64,000 bases of DNA. Source: an uncultured bacterium. GTDB taxonomy: Bacteria > Zixibacteria > MSB-5A5 > CAIYYT01. Of this stretch, positions 1 to 9,577 are shown one piece after another. A program made the position numbers and the translations under genes. How positions within the stretch are numbered: position 1 is the stretch's first letter; each line of letters opens with the position of its first letter. The stretch covers positions 864,001 through 928,000 of the forward strand of contig CAVSCK010000004.1 in NCBI GenBank assembly GCA_963726455.1, in the 5' to 3' direction. The notes below the pieces were generated by a model, which was not told where the DNA came from, did no database searches, and was given only the letters and a program-made list of their open reading frames with translations.

Positions 1-170
1 TCCTCGAAGATCCGGAGGTTGACAGTTCGCTCGGCAAGTATCTCGGCATCGCGTTCCGTGTCGCTGTGGGTCGCGCCAACTAAGACCAACAATCCGTTTT
101 CAATGGCGCCGACGGTTTCAGTATCTACTTCTACCCTGGCCCACTTAACCCGTTGCAGCACCAGACGCAT
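1..170 (-). CDS. dtd: D-aminoacyl-tRNA deacylase (5' part, runs off window)
   Basis: Manual translation [56 protein letters not shown] matches the Dtd N-terminus; AGGAG RBS upstream; absent from ORF track. Confidence 0.9.
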   Translation of the reverse strand, partial: MRLVLQRVKWARVEVDTETVGAIENGLLVLVGATHSDTERDAEILAERTVNLRIFE

Positions 171-394
171 CGATGCTCCTCTTAGCCGGTGGGCAACAGA
201 CCCACGTCAAAGCCGTCAAAAGCTTGTGTCAAATAGCGGAAAATCAAGGAATTGTCAACTAAAACAATGGGGGATAAGACGTCGGAGGGCTTCATCAAGT
301 ACTTTAAGTCATCATCGGAAGCCGTTAGATGGCAGACGGCCGGCTCCGCCAAATTCCCCTATCACTCCTGCTCCCACCGTGACGGAAGAAGGCA

Positions 395-826
395 TCATCC
401 TATCGAAAACTTCCTGATTCTCTTCAGGTGCCGTCCCGCTTCAAACGTCGTCTCCAACCACACTTTGACAATCCGTTCCCCCAACTCCGGCGTCACGAAT
501 TTCGAACCGAGCGTGAGAATATTGGAGTCATTGTGCTGTCGGGAAAGAATTGCCATCTCCTCATCGAAAGCATACGCGCCGCGGATTTCGGGGAGCTTGT
601 TGACCACCATGTTCATGCCGTTACCGGTCCAGCAAATCGTGACGCCACGATCAGTCTCATGGTTGGCGACAGAGTGAGCGACGCGCATTCCGTAATCGGG
701 GTAGTCGGTCGATTCCTCCGAGTCAGTGCCGAAGTCGATGACTTCATGTCCGAGCTTAGTGAGATATGATTTGAGATGTTCTTTGAGTGCAAAACCTTTA
801 TGATCAGCGCCGAGAGCGATTTTCAT
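395..826 (-). CDS. rpiB: Ribose-5-phosphate isomerase B
   Basis: MKIALGADHKG, DYPDY, ICWTGNG, HNDSNIL and FEAGRHxxRI motifs; start trimmed to MKIAL. Confidence 0.92.
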   Translation of the reverse strand: MKIALGADHKGFALKEHLKSYLTKLGHEVIDFGTDSEESTDYPDYGMRVAHSVANHETDRGVTICWTGNGMNMVVNKLPEIRGAYAFDEEMAILSRQHNDSNILTLGSKFVTPELGERIVKVWLETTFEAGRHLKRIRKFSIG

Positions 827-863
827 GTGCGGTGCCCTATGCGAAAATAATTCCGTCAGACTC

Positions 864-969
864 ATAGGTCGAAACCCCTGATGGAACAACGGCGGATGTT
901 TGGGATTTCGCCTGCCGGGGTTTCGACATTTCTTTCATTCCGAAATTGGTGTTGTCGAAACAACGCCCA
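864..969. repeat. REP-like palindromic element, family C (GTCGAAACCCC...GGGGTTTCGAC)
   Basis: Arms at 868-878 and 917-927; shares TAGnTCGAAACCCC(T)GATGGAA and TGCCnGGGTTTCGACA with the reverse complement of 26182-26272. Confidence 0.65.
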
Positions 970-980
970 CAGGGGCCAGA

Positions 981-1904
981 TTACTTGTTTACAAACGTCA
1001 GCCAGCCGTGGCAGTCGTTACCTTCTTCGATTACGTTGAAGAACGCCTTCTGCAATTTCTTGGTCACTTCCCCTGCGCGACCGGTGCCGATGGTGATTCG
1101 ATCAATCGAGCGAATCGGCGTGATCTCGGCGGCGGAGCCGGTGAAGAAAACTTCATCGGAGATGTACAGCATTTCACGCGGGATATTGCGCTCCTGAACT
1201 TCGATACCCATTTCTCGCGCCAGCATAATCACGGTATTGCGCGTGATGCCCGGTAGAATCGAAGCATTGTATGGCGGCGTCAGCAGGATACCCTCGAAGT
1301 AGACGAAAATGTTTTCGCCTGAGCCCTCGGAGACCATGCCGTGATGATCGAGCGCAATACCTTCGACATAGCCGTTCTGCAGCGCCTCGAGTTTGATCAA
1401 CTGGCTGTTCATATAATTTGCGCCGGCTTTGGCCATCGCCGGAAATGTGTTCAGCGCCATCCGATTCCAGGAAGAGACACAGACATCAACTCCGTTGTCG
1501 AGCGCGTCGCCGCCGAGATACTTGCCCCACTTCCAGACGGCTATCGAGACGTCAATCGGGCAGTTCGTCGGATCGACACCGAGTGCGCTGTAGCCACGGT
1601 ACACCAACGGGCGGATATAACAGCTATCCATCTTGTTTACGCGGATCAGTTCGACCTGCGCTTCGTTGAGCTGGTCGAACGTGTAGGGAATTTTCATTCG
1701 GTAGATTTTGCAGGAATTGAAGAGTCGCTTGGTATGATCCTGCATTCTGAATACTGCGGTGCCCTTCTTCGTGTTGTAGCACCTGACGCCCTCAAAAAGA
1801 CTGCTTCCGTAATGGACGACATGGGAAAGCACGTGAATTTTAGCGTCGTCCCAGTTGACAAACTGACCATTCATCCAAATCTTGTCAACCTTGTCGAAAG
1901 CCAT
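981..1904 (-). CDS. ilvE: Branched-chain amino acid aminotransferase
   Basis: [19 protein letters not shown] (PLP Lys), [15 protein letters not shown] and TGSAAEITP motifs. Confidence 0.95.
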   Translation of the reverse strand: MAFDKVDKIWMNGQFVNWDDAKIHVLSHVVHYGSSLFEGVRCYNTKKGTAVFRMQDHTKRLFNSCKIYRMKIPYTFDQLNEAQVELIRVNKMDSCYIRPLVYRGYSALGVDPTNCPIDVSIAVWKWGKYLGGDALDNGVDVCVSSWNRMALNTFPAMAKAGANYMNSQLIKLEALQNGYVEGIALDHHGMVSEGSGENIFVYFEGILLTPPYNASILPGITRNTVIMLAREMGIEVQERNIPREMLYISDEVFFTGSAAEITPIRSIDRITIGTGRAGEVTKKLQKAFFNVIEEGNDCHGWLTFVNK

Positions 1905-1922
1905 ATATCCTCCTACCTCAGA

Positions 1923-3074
1923 CTAAGCGTCTACTTTGATGGACTTAAGTATAGCACGGGCGATGACCACACGTTGAATTTCGGAAGTGCCTTCGCCTAT
2001 TTCAGTCAATTTCATATCGCGGAACATGCGTTCCACCGGATAACGCGGGGAGAATCCCTCGGAGCCAAGCACACTGATGGCCTCGGTAGTCACGTAATTG
2101 CAGACTTCGGAGGCGTACAGTTTCGCCATCGCGGACTGCTGCGAGAAGTTCAGCTTCTTGTCTTTCATCACGCTGGCGCCGTATATCAATCCGCGCGCCG
2201 CCTCGATACGAGTCGCCATGTCGGCAAGCTTCCACTGAATCGCCTGGAATTCGCCGATCGGTTTGCCGAACTGTTTATGTCTGGCGGCAAAATTGGCGGC
2301 GGCTTCAAAAGCGCCGACTGCCAGTCCAAGCGCCATCGCAGCAATGGAAATGCGGCCACCATCAAGCGTAATCATGAACTGCTTGAAGCCCTCACCCTCA
2401 GCGCCGATGCGGTTTTCTACCGGAACCTTCACATCATCAAAATGCAGGAAAGCAGTATCGGAGCCACGGCAACCCATCTTGTTTTCTTTCTTGCCGACAG
2501 AAAATCCCGGCATGCCTTTTTCGAGCACAAACGATGTGATACCCTTGACGCCACCGCTCTTGTCGGTGCGCGCAGTGACAATGGCATACTTGCAGAGATT
2601 CGATGAAGTGATCCAGCACTTGGTACCGTTCAGCACATAATGGTCGCCATCGCGAGACGCATACGATTGCGTGCCGCCGGCATCGGAACCCGCCTGCGGT
2701 TCGGTGAGTCCAAACGCCACCAGCACCGGTTCGGATTTATCATTCTTCAAATAGCGATTTCGTTGTTCGGTGCTGCCGAAATTGTAGATCGGACCGACGC
2801 CCAGAGAATTGTGCGCCGCCACCGTCAGGCCGGTGGAGCCGCAGACGCGGCAGAGTTCTTCAACAATGATTGAATACTGGACGGTGTTGTAATCAAGCCC
2901 GCCGTATTCCTTCGGCAGTTGGATCTTCCACCAACCCTGCTGCTGTAGTTTTTCCAAATTGGATTTGGGAAATATCTGTTTATCGTCGGCTTCGCAAGCC
3001 AAGGGGGCTATTTCGCTATCGCAGAATTCCCTGACCTCGGCGCGGAATTTTGCATAATCGGAGTCGGCAAACAT
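1923..3074 (-). CDS. Acyl-CoA dehydrogenase, possibly isovaleryl-CoA specific
   Basis: FGLTEPQAGSD, LNGTKCWIT, KMGCRGSDT and EIGEGTSEIQR motifs. Confidence 0.9.
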   Translation of the reverse strand: MFADSDYAKFRAEVREFCDSEIAPLACEADDKQIFPKSNLEKLQQQGWWKIQLPKEYGGLDYNTVQYSIIVEELCRVCGSTGLTVAAHNSLGVGPIYNFGSTEQRNRYLKNDKSEPVLVAFGLTEPQAGSDAGGTQSYASRDGDHYVLNGTKCWITSSNLCKYAIVTARTDKSGGVKGITSFVLEKGMPGFSVGKKENKMGCRGSDTAFLHFDDVKVPVENRIGAEGEGFKQFMITLDGGRISIAAMALGLAVGAFEAAANFAARHKQFGKPIGEFQAIQWKLADMATRIEAARGLIYGASVMKDKKLNFSQQSAMAKLYASEVCNYVTTEAISVLGSEGFSPRYPVERMFRDMKLTEIGEGTSEIQRVVIARAILKSIKVDA

Positions 3075-4225
3075 CAGCGCACGTTCTCCTGCATCAGAGC
3101 GCGCGCAATCACCATCTTCTGCGCTTCCGTGGTGCCTTCATATATTTCCGTTATACGCGCGTCGCGGAAGTAGCGCTCCACAGGATATTCCTTCACGTAG
3201 CCGTAACCGCCATGAATTTGCACTGCTTCGTTGGCAACGTAGTTGGCCGTCTGCGACGCAAACAGCTTCGCCATCGAGACTTCCTTGACCGATTGGACGC
3301 CCGTGTCGTATAAGGTTGCCGCGCGATAGGTGAGCAATCTGGCGGCATCAATGCGCGTGGCCATCTCGGCGAGTTTGAATTGCGTTGCCTGGAATTCGAT
3401 AATCGGCTGTCCGAACTGTTTGCGCTCGCGCGCATAAGAGACCGCCTCGTCGAACGCCGCCTGCGCGATACCCAACGCCTGCGACGCGATACCGATGCGG
3501 CCGGCTTCAAGCAACGAGAATGCGATGCGCAGTCCGTGACATTCGTCGCCCAGAAGTTGTGCTACCGGAACCTTGCAATCGATAAACGAAACCTCGCGCG
3601 TGTCGGAGGCCCTAAGACCCATCTTCTTTTCCGGCTGCCCCAGGCTCATTCCCTTCGCACCTTTTTCGACAATGATGCAGGAGATTCCCTTGCGCCCTTT
3701 TGTCGGGTCGGTAATGGCGAACACAATGAAAATCGAGGCATAACCCGCGGAGGTCACCCAGCTCTTGGTACCATTAAACACAAAATCGTTGCCGGTTTTG
3801 ATGGCGCGGCATTGCAAACCGCCGGCGTCGGTACCGGAACCGGGCTCGGAGAGACAGTAAGCGCCAATGATTTCGCCGGCTGCCAACTTAGGAAGGTACT
3901 GCTCTCTCTGTTCCTTGGTACCGAATTTGGCGAGCGCCTTGATGACAAGGGAATTCTGAACCGAAACCGAAACGGACAAAGCCGCGCAAGCTTTGGAGAG
4001 TTCCTCCATCACGAGAGCGTAACTCAGCGTGTCAACTGCCAGGCCGCCGTATTCTTCGGGCGCCAGCAATCCGTAGTAGCCGAGTTCTGCCGTTTCTTTC
4101 AACAGCTCCGGCGGCATTTCCGATTTGGCGTCAAGCTCTTCCGCGATGGGCTTGAGTCGCTTCTGGGCAAACTCACGCGCCGTATCGCGCATCAAAATCT
4201 GATCTTCCGATAAATTGAAATCCAT
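3074..4225 (-). CDS. Short-chain (butyryl-CoA type) acyl-CoA dehydrogenase
   Basis: YCLSEPGSGTD, KMGLRASDT and EIYEGTTEAQK motifs; stop/start overlap with the downstream ACAD. Confidence 0.9.
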   Translation of the reverse strand: MDFNLSEDQILMRDTAREFAQKRLKPIAEELDAKSEMPPELLKETAELGYYGLLAPEEYGGLAVDTLSYALVMEELSKACAALSVSVSVQNSLVIKALAKFGTKEQREQYLPKLAAGEIIGAYCLSEPGSGTDAGGLQCRAIKTGNDFVFNGTKSWVTSAGYASIFIVFAITDPTKGRKGISCIIVEKGAKGMSLGQPEKKMGLRASDTREVSFIDCKVPVAQLLGDECHGLRIAFSLLEAGRIGIASQALGIAQAAFDEAVSYARERKQFGQPIIEFQATQFKLAEMATRIDAARLLTYRAATLYDTGVQSVKEVSMAKLFASQTANYVANEAVQIHGGYGYVKEYPVERYFRDARITEIYEGTTEAQKMVIARALMQENVR

Positions 4226-4353
4226 GGTCGCTCGCCTATGTAAAATGGTCTATTTCATCGTCACAACACCGTCCGGTGAAGAAGCCCTTCCCCAAACGCG
4301 AAACACAATTAACGAATGTCCACCGTGGAAGTCAAGGTACAAGGCAGACAAAC

Positions 4354-4377
4354 GGGGCACACTACTGTGTGCCCCTA
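4354..4377. repeat. Short palindrome, family D (GGGGCACAC-TACT-GTGTGCCCC), after hbd
   Basis: Perfect 9-bp stem; related copy at 8764-8783. Confidence 0.55.
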
Positions 4378-4413
4378 TTTCGTCAATGTAAATCGGGAAG
4401 AGACGGCACGGCT

Positions 4414-5265
4414 CTACTCGTAATCGTAAAAGCCCTTCTTCGTCTTGCGGCCCAGCCAGCCCGATTGTACCATTTTGCGCAGCAGCGGACAGGGACGGTA
4501 CTTGGAGTCACTGTACCCCTCGTATATCGTCTCCATAATCGCCAAACAGACGTCGAGGCCGATGAAATCAGCCAGTGTCAGCGGCCCCATCGGATGATTG
4601 GCGCCGAGCTTCATCACGGTGTCGATTTCATCGCGCGACGACACGCCTTCCATCAGGGCGAAGATGGCTTCGTTGATCATCGGCATGAGAATGCGGTTCG
4701 CGACGAATCCGGGATAGTCGTTGACCTCGACCGGCGTCTTGTCAAGTTTAAGGCACAGATCTCGAGCGGAATGATAAGTGTCGTCGCTGGTCGCCATACC
4801 GCGAATGACCTCGACGAGCTTCATCAACGGCACGGGGTTCATAAAGTGCATGCCAATGAATTTGTCTTTACGGCCGGTGGCAGCCGCAATTTGCGTGATC
4901 GGCAGCGATGATGTATTGGAGGCAAAGATGACGTCGGGAGGACAGATTTTGTCAACCGCACACCAGAACTTGTTCTTGACCTCCAGATCCTCAAAAATCG
5001 CTTCAATCACCAGATTCGCGCTGCTGAGCGTGCGCATATCGCTGGTTGGCCTGATTCGACCCAACGTGGAATTCTGCTCGTCCTCGGTGATCGTACCTTT
5101 CTTGACTTGTCTTGCTAGATTGCCCCTGATTGTTTCAATGCCCCGCTTAACGTTATCCTCTGCCGTGTCCAACAGTGTAACGTTATAGCCCTTGGCTGCA
5201 ATTACATGCGCGATGCCGTTTCCCATAGTTCCGGCGCCGGCGACAGCCACATTTCTTATTTCCAT
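4414..5265 (-). CDS. hbd: 3-hydroxybutyryl-CoA dehydrogenase
   Basis: GAGTMGNGIA Rossmann motif, ASNTSS, GMHFMNP, PGFVANR and HPMGPL; start trimmed to MEIRN. Confidence 0.93.
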   Translation of the reverse strand: MEIRNVAVAGAGTMGNGIAHVIAAKGYNVTLLDTAEDNVKRGIETIRGNLARQVKKGTITEDEQNSTLGRIRPTSDMRTLSSANLVIEAIFEDLEVKNKFWCAVDKICPPDVIFASNTSSLPITQIAAATGRKDKFIGMHFMNPVPLMKLVEVIRGMATSDDTYHSARDLCLKLDKTPVEVNDYPGFVANRILMPMINEAIFALMEGVSSRDEIDTVMKLGANHPMGPLTLADFIGLDVCLAIMETIYEGYSDSKYRPCPLLRKMVQSGWLGRKTKKGFYDYE

Positions 5266-5291
5266 GATAATTGTCCTTCCGATTCCCCTGG

Positions 5292-6482
5292 TTACATCAT
5301 CTCGACCGCTAGCGCGACCGCATGGCCACCACCCAAACACAACGTCGCCAGACCGTTCTTTTTGCCGCGATCTTTCAATGCATAGAGCAAGGTCGTGAGA
5401 ATGCGCGCGCCAGAGGCGCCAATTGGATGTCCCAACGCCACCGCTCCACCATTGACGTTGACGCGATTCCAGTCCCAGCCGAGTGCCTTGCCGTCGGCCA
5501 ACGCCTGTACGCTGAAGGCCTCATTTGCTTCTATAAGATCAAAGTGATCCATGCCCACACCCATCATCTTCATCAGCTTCTGAACCGCGAATATCGGCGC
5601 AAAGAATAATTCCTCCGGCGGAGTACCGGCGGTCGTGTACGCAACAATGCGGGCCACCGGCTTGTGGCCATGTTCCTGAGCGTACTTGAGCGAGCTAACC
5701 ACAAGGGCAGACGCGCCATCGTTGATGCCCGGAGCGTTACCCGCAGTCACCGTACCTTCTTTATCAAAAGCCGGCTTCAACTTCGACAGCGACTCAACGG
5801 AAATATCTTTGCGCGGAGACTCATCGGTGTTGTAGGAAACCGGTTCACCTTTCTTCTGTGGAATCAGGACGTCAAAGATTTCTTGTTTGAATTTGCCGCC
5901 CTCAATCGCGGCTACTGCCTTACGGTGGGAGTTATAAGCAAATTCATCCTGCTCTTCACGACCGATGCCGGCTTTCTTGCCTGTATATTCGGCGGCGTTA
6001 CCCATGTGCCAGTTCTTGAACGCGCACCAAAGGCCGTCTTTGATCATCATGTCCTCGACCTTCTGGTTACCCAGCCGCATTCCGGCACGCGCCGTCGGCA
6101 GAGTAAACGGCACGTTCGTCATCGATTCCATACCGCCGGCAACAAACAGATTGCCGTCGCCGGCTTTGATCGCCTGCGCCGACAGCATTACTGACTTCAG
6201 ACCTGAACCACATACCTTGTTGATCGTAAACACCGCGACCTCCGGAGGCAATCCGCCGAAAATAGCCGCCTGGCGACCCGGCGCCTGACCGACTCCTCCT
6301 TGCACCACCTCACCCATAATGCATTCATCAACGTTCTTGGCGTCGATACCCGCACGTTTGACTGCTTCCTTGATTGCCAGTCCGCCCAACTGCGGGCCGG
6401 AAAAACCTGCCAAGGCACCCTGGAATTTAGCCAGCCCCGTGCGGCAGGCAGAGAGTATTACTGCATCCTGTGGGTTACTCAT
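5292..6482 (-). CDS. Acetyl-CoA C-acetyltransferase (bacterial thiolase)
   Basis: NKVCGSG, NEAF, GHPIGASG and CLGGG catalytic motifs. Confidence 0.93.
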   Translation of the reverse strand: MSNPQDAVILSACRTGLAKFQGALAGFSGPQLGGLAIKEAVKRAGIDAKNVDECIMGEVVQGGVGQAPGRQAAIFGGLPPEVAVFTINKVCGSGLKSVMLSAQAIKAGDGNLFVAGGMESMTNVPFTLPTARAGMRLGNQKVEDMMIKDGLWCAFKNWHMGNAAEYTGKKAGIGREEQDEFAYNSHRKAVAAIEGGKFKQEIFDVLIPQKKGEPVSYNTDESPRKDISVESLSKLKPAFDKEGTVTAGNAPGINDGASALVVSSLKYAQEHGHKPVARIVAYTTAGTPPEELFFAPIFAVQKLMKMMGVGMDHFDLIEANEAFSVQALADGKALGWDWNRVNVNGGAVALGHPIGASGARILTTLLYALKDRGKKNGLATLCLGGGHAVALAVEMM

Positions 6483-6602
6483 ATAGATATATCTCCTTGA
6501 GGAAAGATTGATTTAGAATCGTCTTGATCGTCTCGGCGTTGCGTTGCCGAAGAAGGCGTTTGTTCTGTCAAGTATCTCTATCCCATTCCCCACTCGAGCA
6601 GT

Positions 6603-6620
6603 GGGTGAAATTCTTCACAA
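6603..6620 (-). promoter_or_regulatory. Putative Rex operator TTGTGAA-GAAT-TTCACCC
   Basis: 12/14 arm match to TTGTGAA-N4-TTCACAA; lies just downstream of the predicted -10 of the thiolase-hbd unit. Confidence 0.6.
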
Positions 6621-6624
6621 GCGC

Positions 6625-6653
6625 AACTTAAGCAAACTCGCGCGGACGGGCAA
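6625..6653 (-). promoter_or_regulatory. Putative sigma70 promoter of thiolase-hbd
   Basis: TTGCCC-17 bp-TAAGTT. Confidence 0.4.
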
Positions 6654-6754
6654 CGGAAAAGAAGATCATTTCCGAACTCTTGTTCGAGCTGTCCATGAAA
6701 TGTACAATTGAGTTCGTTGACTAGACTGACTAAATGAGGCAAGCCGGGTAGGAA

Positions 6755-7261
6755 TTAGGTGATCTGTTTCAGTTCGATGAGAACCTTGTCCGAATCGACC
6801 AATTCACCGGGGGCGCAATTGATCTTTGTGATCTCGGCCTTAAATGGAGCTACCAGCGGGTTTTCCATCTTCATGGCTTCGACGATCAACAACTTCTGCT
6901 TCGGTTCGACAGTCTGCCCCGGCTCAACCAGAATCTTGACGACCTTCCCCGGCATCGGCGCCATAACTCGGGACTTGTCGCCGTGCTCGCCGTGGTCGGC
7001 TCCGAAAGAGTCTCCGTCCTTGCCAGACGGAACCTCGAATGCGTAACTCGCACAATCAGTTATAACATTTAGCTTATTTGACACTTTAACAACACTGACG
7101 TGAGTTTGCTTGCCGTCTCGGCGCAGTAGGTAGGCGCCGTTCGACAATTCCGTGACCTCGAATGAGTGCTGACTATCTGCCAGGGTCAGAGTTAGCTTAT
7201 CGCCGTTGCGCTCGGCGTTAACTTTGATTGGCTCGCCGTTGGCGAAGAATTGATATTCCAT
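6755..7261 (-). CDS. Biotin carboxyl carrier protein with N-terminal BT-like domain (split MCC alpha, C-terminal part)
   Basis: APMPGKV and EAMKMEN biotinylation motif; start trimmed to MEYQF overlapping the BC stop. Confidence 0.9.
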   Translation of the reverse strand: MEYQFFANGEPIKVNAERNGDKLTLTLADSQHSFEVTELSNGAYLLRRDGKQTHVSVVKVSNKLNVITDCASYAFEVPSGKDGDSFGADHGEHGDKSRVMAPMPGKVVKILVEPGQTVEPKQKLLIVEAMKMENPLVAPFKAEITKINCAPGELVDSDKVLIELKQIT

Positions 7262-8745
7262 TACAGCTCCCACCTGCCGAGCGATTGCCACAGGGACGAC
7301 TGTTTGGCAGTCGCTGTGCCCGCCTCAGCGGCCGGTCGGGCTGACATCGCCAGCACAGCCCCTGCCAGCGCCAACGGAAGGTCGTCTTGCGATACGGGCT
7401 CCGACCATTCAGGAAGATGCTGGTCGATAAATCCGGTGAACAGGTTACCTTTTCGGTATTCCTCATGAGCCAGGCAATCCATCAAGAAGCGGACGTTGTT
7501 CTTAATGCCAATAATCCGATAATCCCGCAAAGCCAGCATCATGCGTTCGATCGACTCGTTTCGATCACGACCGAACGTAATCACTTTCGACAAGATCGGA
7601 TCGTAGTAGATCGGCACTTCGCAACCGCTATAAATACCCGAATCGATTCGTAGATTCGCGGCACTCGGTTCCTGCAGGTAATGGATCTTACCGGCCGATG
7701 GCAAAAATCCACTCGCCGGATCTTCGGCGTAAATGCGGCATTCGGTCGCGTGGCCTTGCGGTCGGATATCTTCCTGTTTGAAGGAGAGCTTTTCGCCTGA
7801 AGCCACACGGATTTGCTCTTTCACCAGATCGTATCCGGTTGTCATTTCGGTGATCGGATGTTCGACTTGGATGCGGGTATTGACTTCGAGGAAATAATAA
7901 TGCCCTTCAAAGAAGAGGAATTCCACCGTTCCCGCTGATGTATAGTTCGCAGCTTTGGCCGCCGCGATAGCCGCCTGCCCCATTTGCGCTCGCAGCTCGG
8001 GCGTAAGCGCGGTCGATGGCGTTTCCTCGATTATCTTCTGATGCCGCCTTTGGATCGAACATTCGCGCTCGTAAAGATGAACTGTGTTGCCGAAGTTGTC
8101 AGCCATGACCTGAAATTCAATGTGTCGCGGACACGCGATATACTTTTCGAGATAGACTGTCGGATCGGAAAATGCAGATCCGGCTTCACGGCTGGATGCT
8201 TCGACGGCGTCGCGCAAGTGTTCTTCGTCGGTGACAATACGCATGCCCTTTCCGCCACCGCCCGATGCCGCTTTCACCAAAACCGGATAACCGATCTGGC
8301 GCGCCAACGGCACGAAATCCTCGACCCTGCCCGACTTGACTTCCCCGCCCGGCACGATCGGAACCTTGGCGTGCTTCATCATTTCACGCGCGCCAAGTTT
8401 ATTGCCTAGTGCCTGAATTGATTTTGGATTGGGGCCGATGAATGTCAGCCCGGCATCTTGCACTGCCTGCGCGAAGTCGCCGTTTTCTGCCAGGAATCCG
8501 TAACCGGGATGAACAGCATCGCAGCCGGTCTGTTTGGCAGCGTCGATGAGCTTGTCGACACGAAGATAGCTTTCAGTCGCCGGCGGCGGACCGATCAGGA
8601 CAGCTTCATCGGCACGCAGAACGTGTAATGCTTTGGCATCAGCTTCGGAGTAGACTGCCACAGTCGGAATGCCAAGCTCGCGAGCCGCGCGCATGATGCG
8701 CAGCGCAATTTCACCGCGATTGGCAACGAGGATTTTCTTCAGCAT
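7261..8745 (-). CDS. Biotin carboxylase subunit of acyl-CoA (methylcrotonyl-CoA) carboxylase
   Basis: ANRGEIA, HPGYGFLAEN, GGGGKGMR, RECSIQRRHQK and EVNTRIQVEH motifs. Confidence 0.93.
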   Translation of the reverse strand: MLKKILVANRGEIALRIMRAARELGIPTVAVYSEADAKALHVLRADEAVLIGPPPATESYLRVDKLIDAAKQTGCDAVHPGYGFLAENGDFAQAVQDAGLTFIGPNPKSIQALGNKLGAREMMKHAKVPIVPGGEVKSGRVEDFVPLARQIGYPVLVKAASGGGGKGMRIVTDEEHLRDAVEASSREAGSAFSDPTVYLEKYIACPRHIEFQVMADNFGNTVHLYERECSIQRRHQKIIEETPSTALTPELRAQMGQAAIAAAKAANYTSAGTVEFLFFEGHYYFLEVNTRIQVEHPITEMTTGYDLVKEQIRVASGEKLSFKQEDIRPQGHATECRIYAEDPASGFLPSAGKIHYLQEPSAANLRIDSGIYSGCEVPIYYDPILSKVITFGRDRNESIERMMLALRDYRIIGIKNNVRFLMDCLAHEEYRKGNLFTGFIDQHLPEWSEPVSQDDLPLALAGAVLAMSARPAAEAGTATAKQSSLWQSLGRWEL

Positions 8746-8763
8746 CTCAAAGTCGTATTACGA

Positions 8764-8783
8764 GGGCACACAGTCGTGCGCCC
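8764..8783. repeat. Short palindrome, family D (GGGCACAC-AGTC-GTGCGCCC)
   Basis: Nearly matches the reverse complement of 4354-4377; lies in the liuC-BC spacer. Confidence 0.5.
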
Positions 8784-8788
8784 GTTAT

Positions 8789-9572
8789 TCACACCCATTT
8801 CGGTTTGCGTTTATTCAGGAAGGCGTCCATACCCTCCTGCCCTTCGGGAGATTGCCGCAAGTCGGCGATCACACGAGCGGTAAATTCTTTGTACTCGTCA
8901 ACTCCCTGTGACGGTACCGCCTCCAGCAATTCCTTGCAAACTCGGATTGCTTCAGGCCCCGACGACATCAATGACTCAACCAATCCGTTAACGGTCGCAT
9001 CCAGCATTTCGTCGGGCACCGCGCGATTGACCAGCCCGGCATCGAGCGCGCGCTCGGCGGTCAGACGTTCGCCGGTCAGGAAGAACTCGCGCGCTCTTCC
9101 TTCGCCGACACGCTTGATGACATAAGGCGAAATACACGCCGGCACGACACCGATCTTGACTTCGCTGAACGAAAAGACCGCGCTCTGCGCCGCAACTGCA
9201 ATGTCGGTTACTGCCACAAAGCCGGTGCCGCCACCGATGGCTGCGCCATTGATTCTGCCGATCACCGGTTTGGGAAATGAATAGATATTCCAGAACAGAT
9301 CGGCCAGGCGGCGTGCTTCATCGAGATTATCTTCGATAAGCATAATCCTTGACGCGTCGCATCCAGTTAAGATCGGCCCCGGCGCAAAATGATTTGCCCT
9401 CGCCGGTGAGGACCACGACGCGCACATCAGGATCGGTCTTGAGTTTCGCAAAAGCGAACGTCATCTCGTCGATTACCTGATCGTTGAATGCATTGTGTAT
9501 TTCGGGCCGGCAGAAGGTGACTCTGCCGATCTTCCCTGCTGTTTCCATGCGGACAGTGCGGGTATCACTCAT
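8789..9572 (-). CDS. liuC: Methylglutaconyl-CoA hydratase (crotonase family), frameshifted by +1 base near 9335
   Basis: RPEIHNAF and FCAGADLNWM (ORF 9327-9572) join AIGGG and FSEVKIGVVPACISPYV (ORF 8789-9451); deleting one base restores KDYAYEDNLDE. Confidence 0.8.
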
Positions 9573-9577
9573 ATCAT

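Noticed and set aside
1341-2606. Long plus-strand ORFs opposite real genes (e.g. 1341-2606, 36489-37916, 52628-53797)
   Set aside because: These are antisense shadows of GC-rich coding sequence with no recognisable motifs.
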